Shown: in pieces, positions 31,819 to 32,000 of the stretch | How positions within the stretch are numbered: position 1 is the stretch's first letter | Layout: the number at the start of each line of letters is the position of its first letter | From: Candidatus Nitrospira inopinata | Lineage (GTDB): Bacteria > Nitrospirota > Nitrospiria > Nitrospirales > Nitrospiraceae | Length of the DNA stretch: 32,000 nucleotides | Direction: 5' to 3' | Assembly (NCBI RefSeq): GCF_001458695.1 | Contig: NZ_LN885086.1 | Location: 2,190,001-2,222,000, forward strand | Program-made: the position numbers and the translations under genes | Notes under the pieces: generated by a model | What the model saw: the letters and a program-made list of their open reading frames with translations, nothing else | Database searches by the model: none | Told to the model about the DNA's origin: nothing

Positions 31819-32000
31819 ATGGAAACGGACGTCGAACGGAGATTGGGCACTCTGTATGGAGAGATCGGGGCGTTGGCGCGGTTCGTCGAGAACGCGATGA
31901 GAACCGTTTCGGAAGTCGGCCGCCCCCTGGTGGAGAGCGGCGCGGAGCTTCCGACCGTCACGTCTCACCTGACCGATCTGAGCAAGATGACGGAGACGGG
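31819..32000 (+). CDS. cheZ: CheZ-like phosphatase (3'-partial, runs off the window)
   Basis: Not in the ORF track because it has no stop within the window. ATG 31819 opens a stop-free frame to nt 32000. 'LGTLYGEIGALARFVENAMRTVSEVG...AELPTVTSHLTDLSKMTETG' parallels E. coli CheZ 'IGSLTRMLRDSLRELG...[21 protein letters not shown]'. Its position directly after cheY fits. Only 60 codons are visible and the SD is weak. Confidence 0.5.
   Translation, partial: METDVERRLGTLYGEIGALARFVENAMRTVSEVGRPLVESGAELPTVTSHLTDLSKMTET

Noticed and set aside
1-32000. Search for CRISPR arrays, tRNA or rRNA genes, IS elements and large dispersed repeats.
   Set aside because: I saw nothing resembling repeat-spacer periodicity, cloverleaf-forming conserved tRNA boxes, rRNA segments or terminal inverted repeats with a transposase. 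The only repeat I could verify is the 3 x 15-bp array at 23935-23979.

Overview
High-GC bacterial chromosomal window. Every gene I can support is on the + strand; the long minus-strand ORFs look like GC-driven shadow frames. The window is a flagellar filament and motility-control neighbourhood with five parts. (1) A 5'-partial HD-GYP c-di-GMP phosphodiesterase is translationally coupled to a YcgR-like PilZ protein (1-1705). (2) A ~22 kb block of 16 tightly overlapped genes (1854-23930) sits behind a sigma-54-like promoter. It encodes a CDP-glucose to CDP-3,6-dideoxyhexose pathway (rfbF, rfbG, rfbH/E1, RmlC-like epimerase, SDR reductase). It also encodes three consecutive radical-SAM enzymes (two SPASM-like, one cobalamin-type), an FkbM methyltransferase and GT2 and GT4 transferases. 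The block ends with a 1679-aa protein (three clear GT2 modules, a GT2-like N-domain, a SAM methyltransferase and TPR repeats) and a GT9 / Maf-N::CgeB-like / GT9 trio. I saw no transmembrane-like protein, flippase, polymerase or initiating phosphotransferase, so I read it as a candidate flagellin glycosylation island rather than an O-antigen locus. (3) A hypothetical gene is followed by a sigma-28-type promoter, a short Ser/Thr-rich flagellin (fliC), a strong hairpin, then flaG, fliD, fliS and a FliT-like gene. (4) A degenerate GGDEF protein (GGGSF with an intact RxxD I-site) is coupled to the FliT-like gene and followed by a split PilZ protein. (5) A soluble MCP-like protein is followed by a sigma-28-driven small HTH protein, cheY and a 3'-partial cheZ-like gene. 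I found no rRNA, tRNA, CRISPR array, transposase or integrase. All functional calls come from motif recognition by eye; no database search was run.
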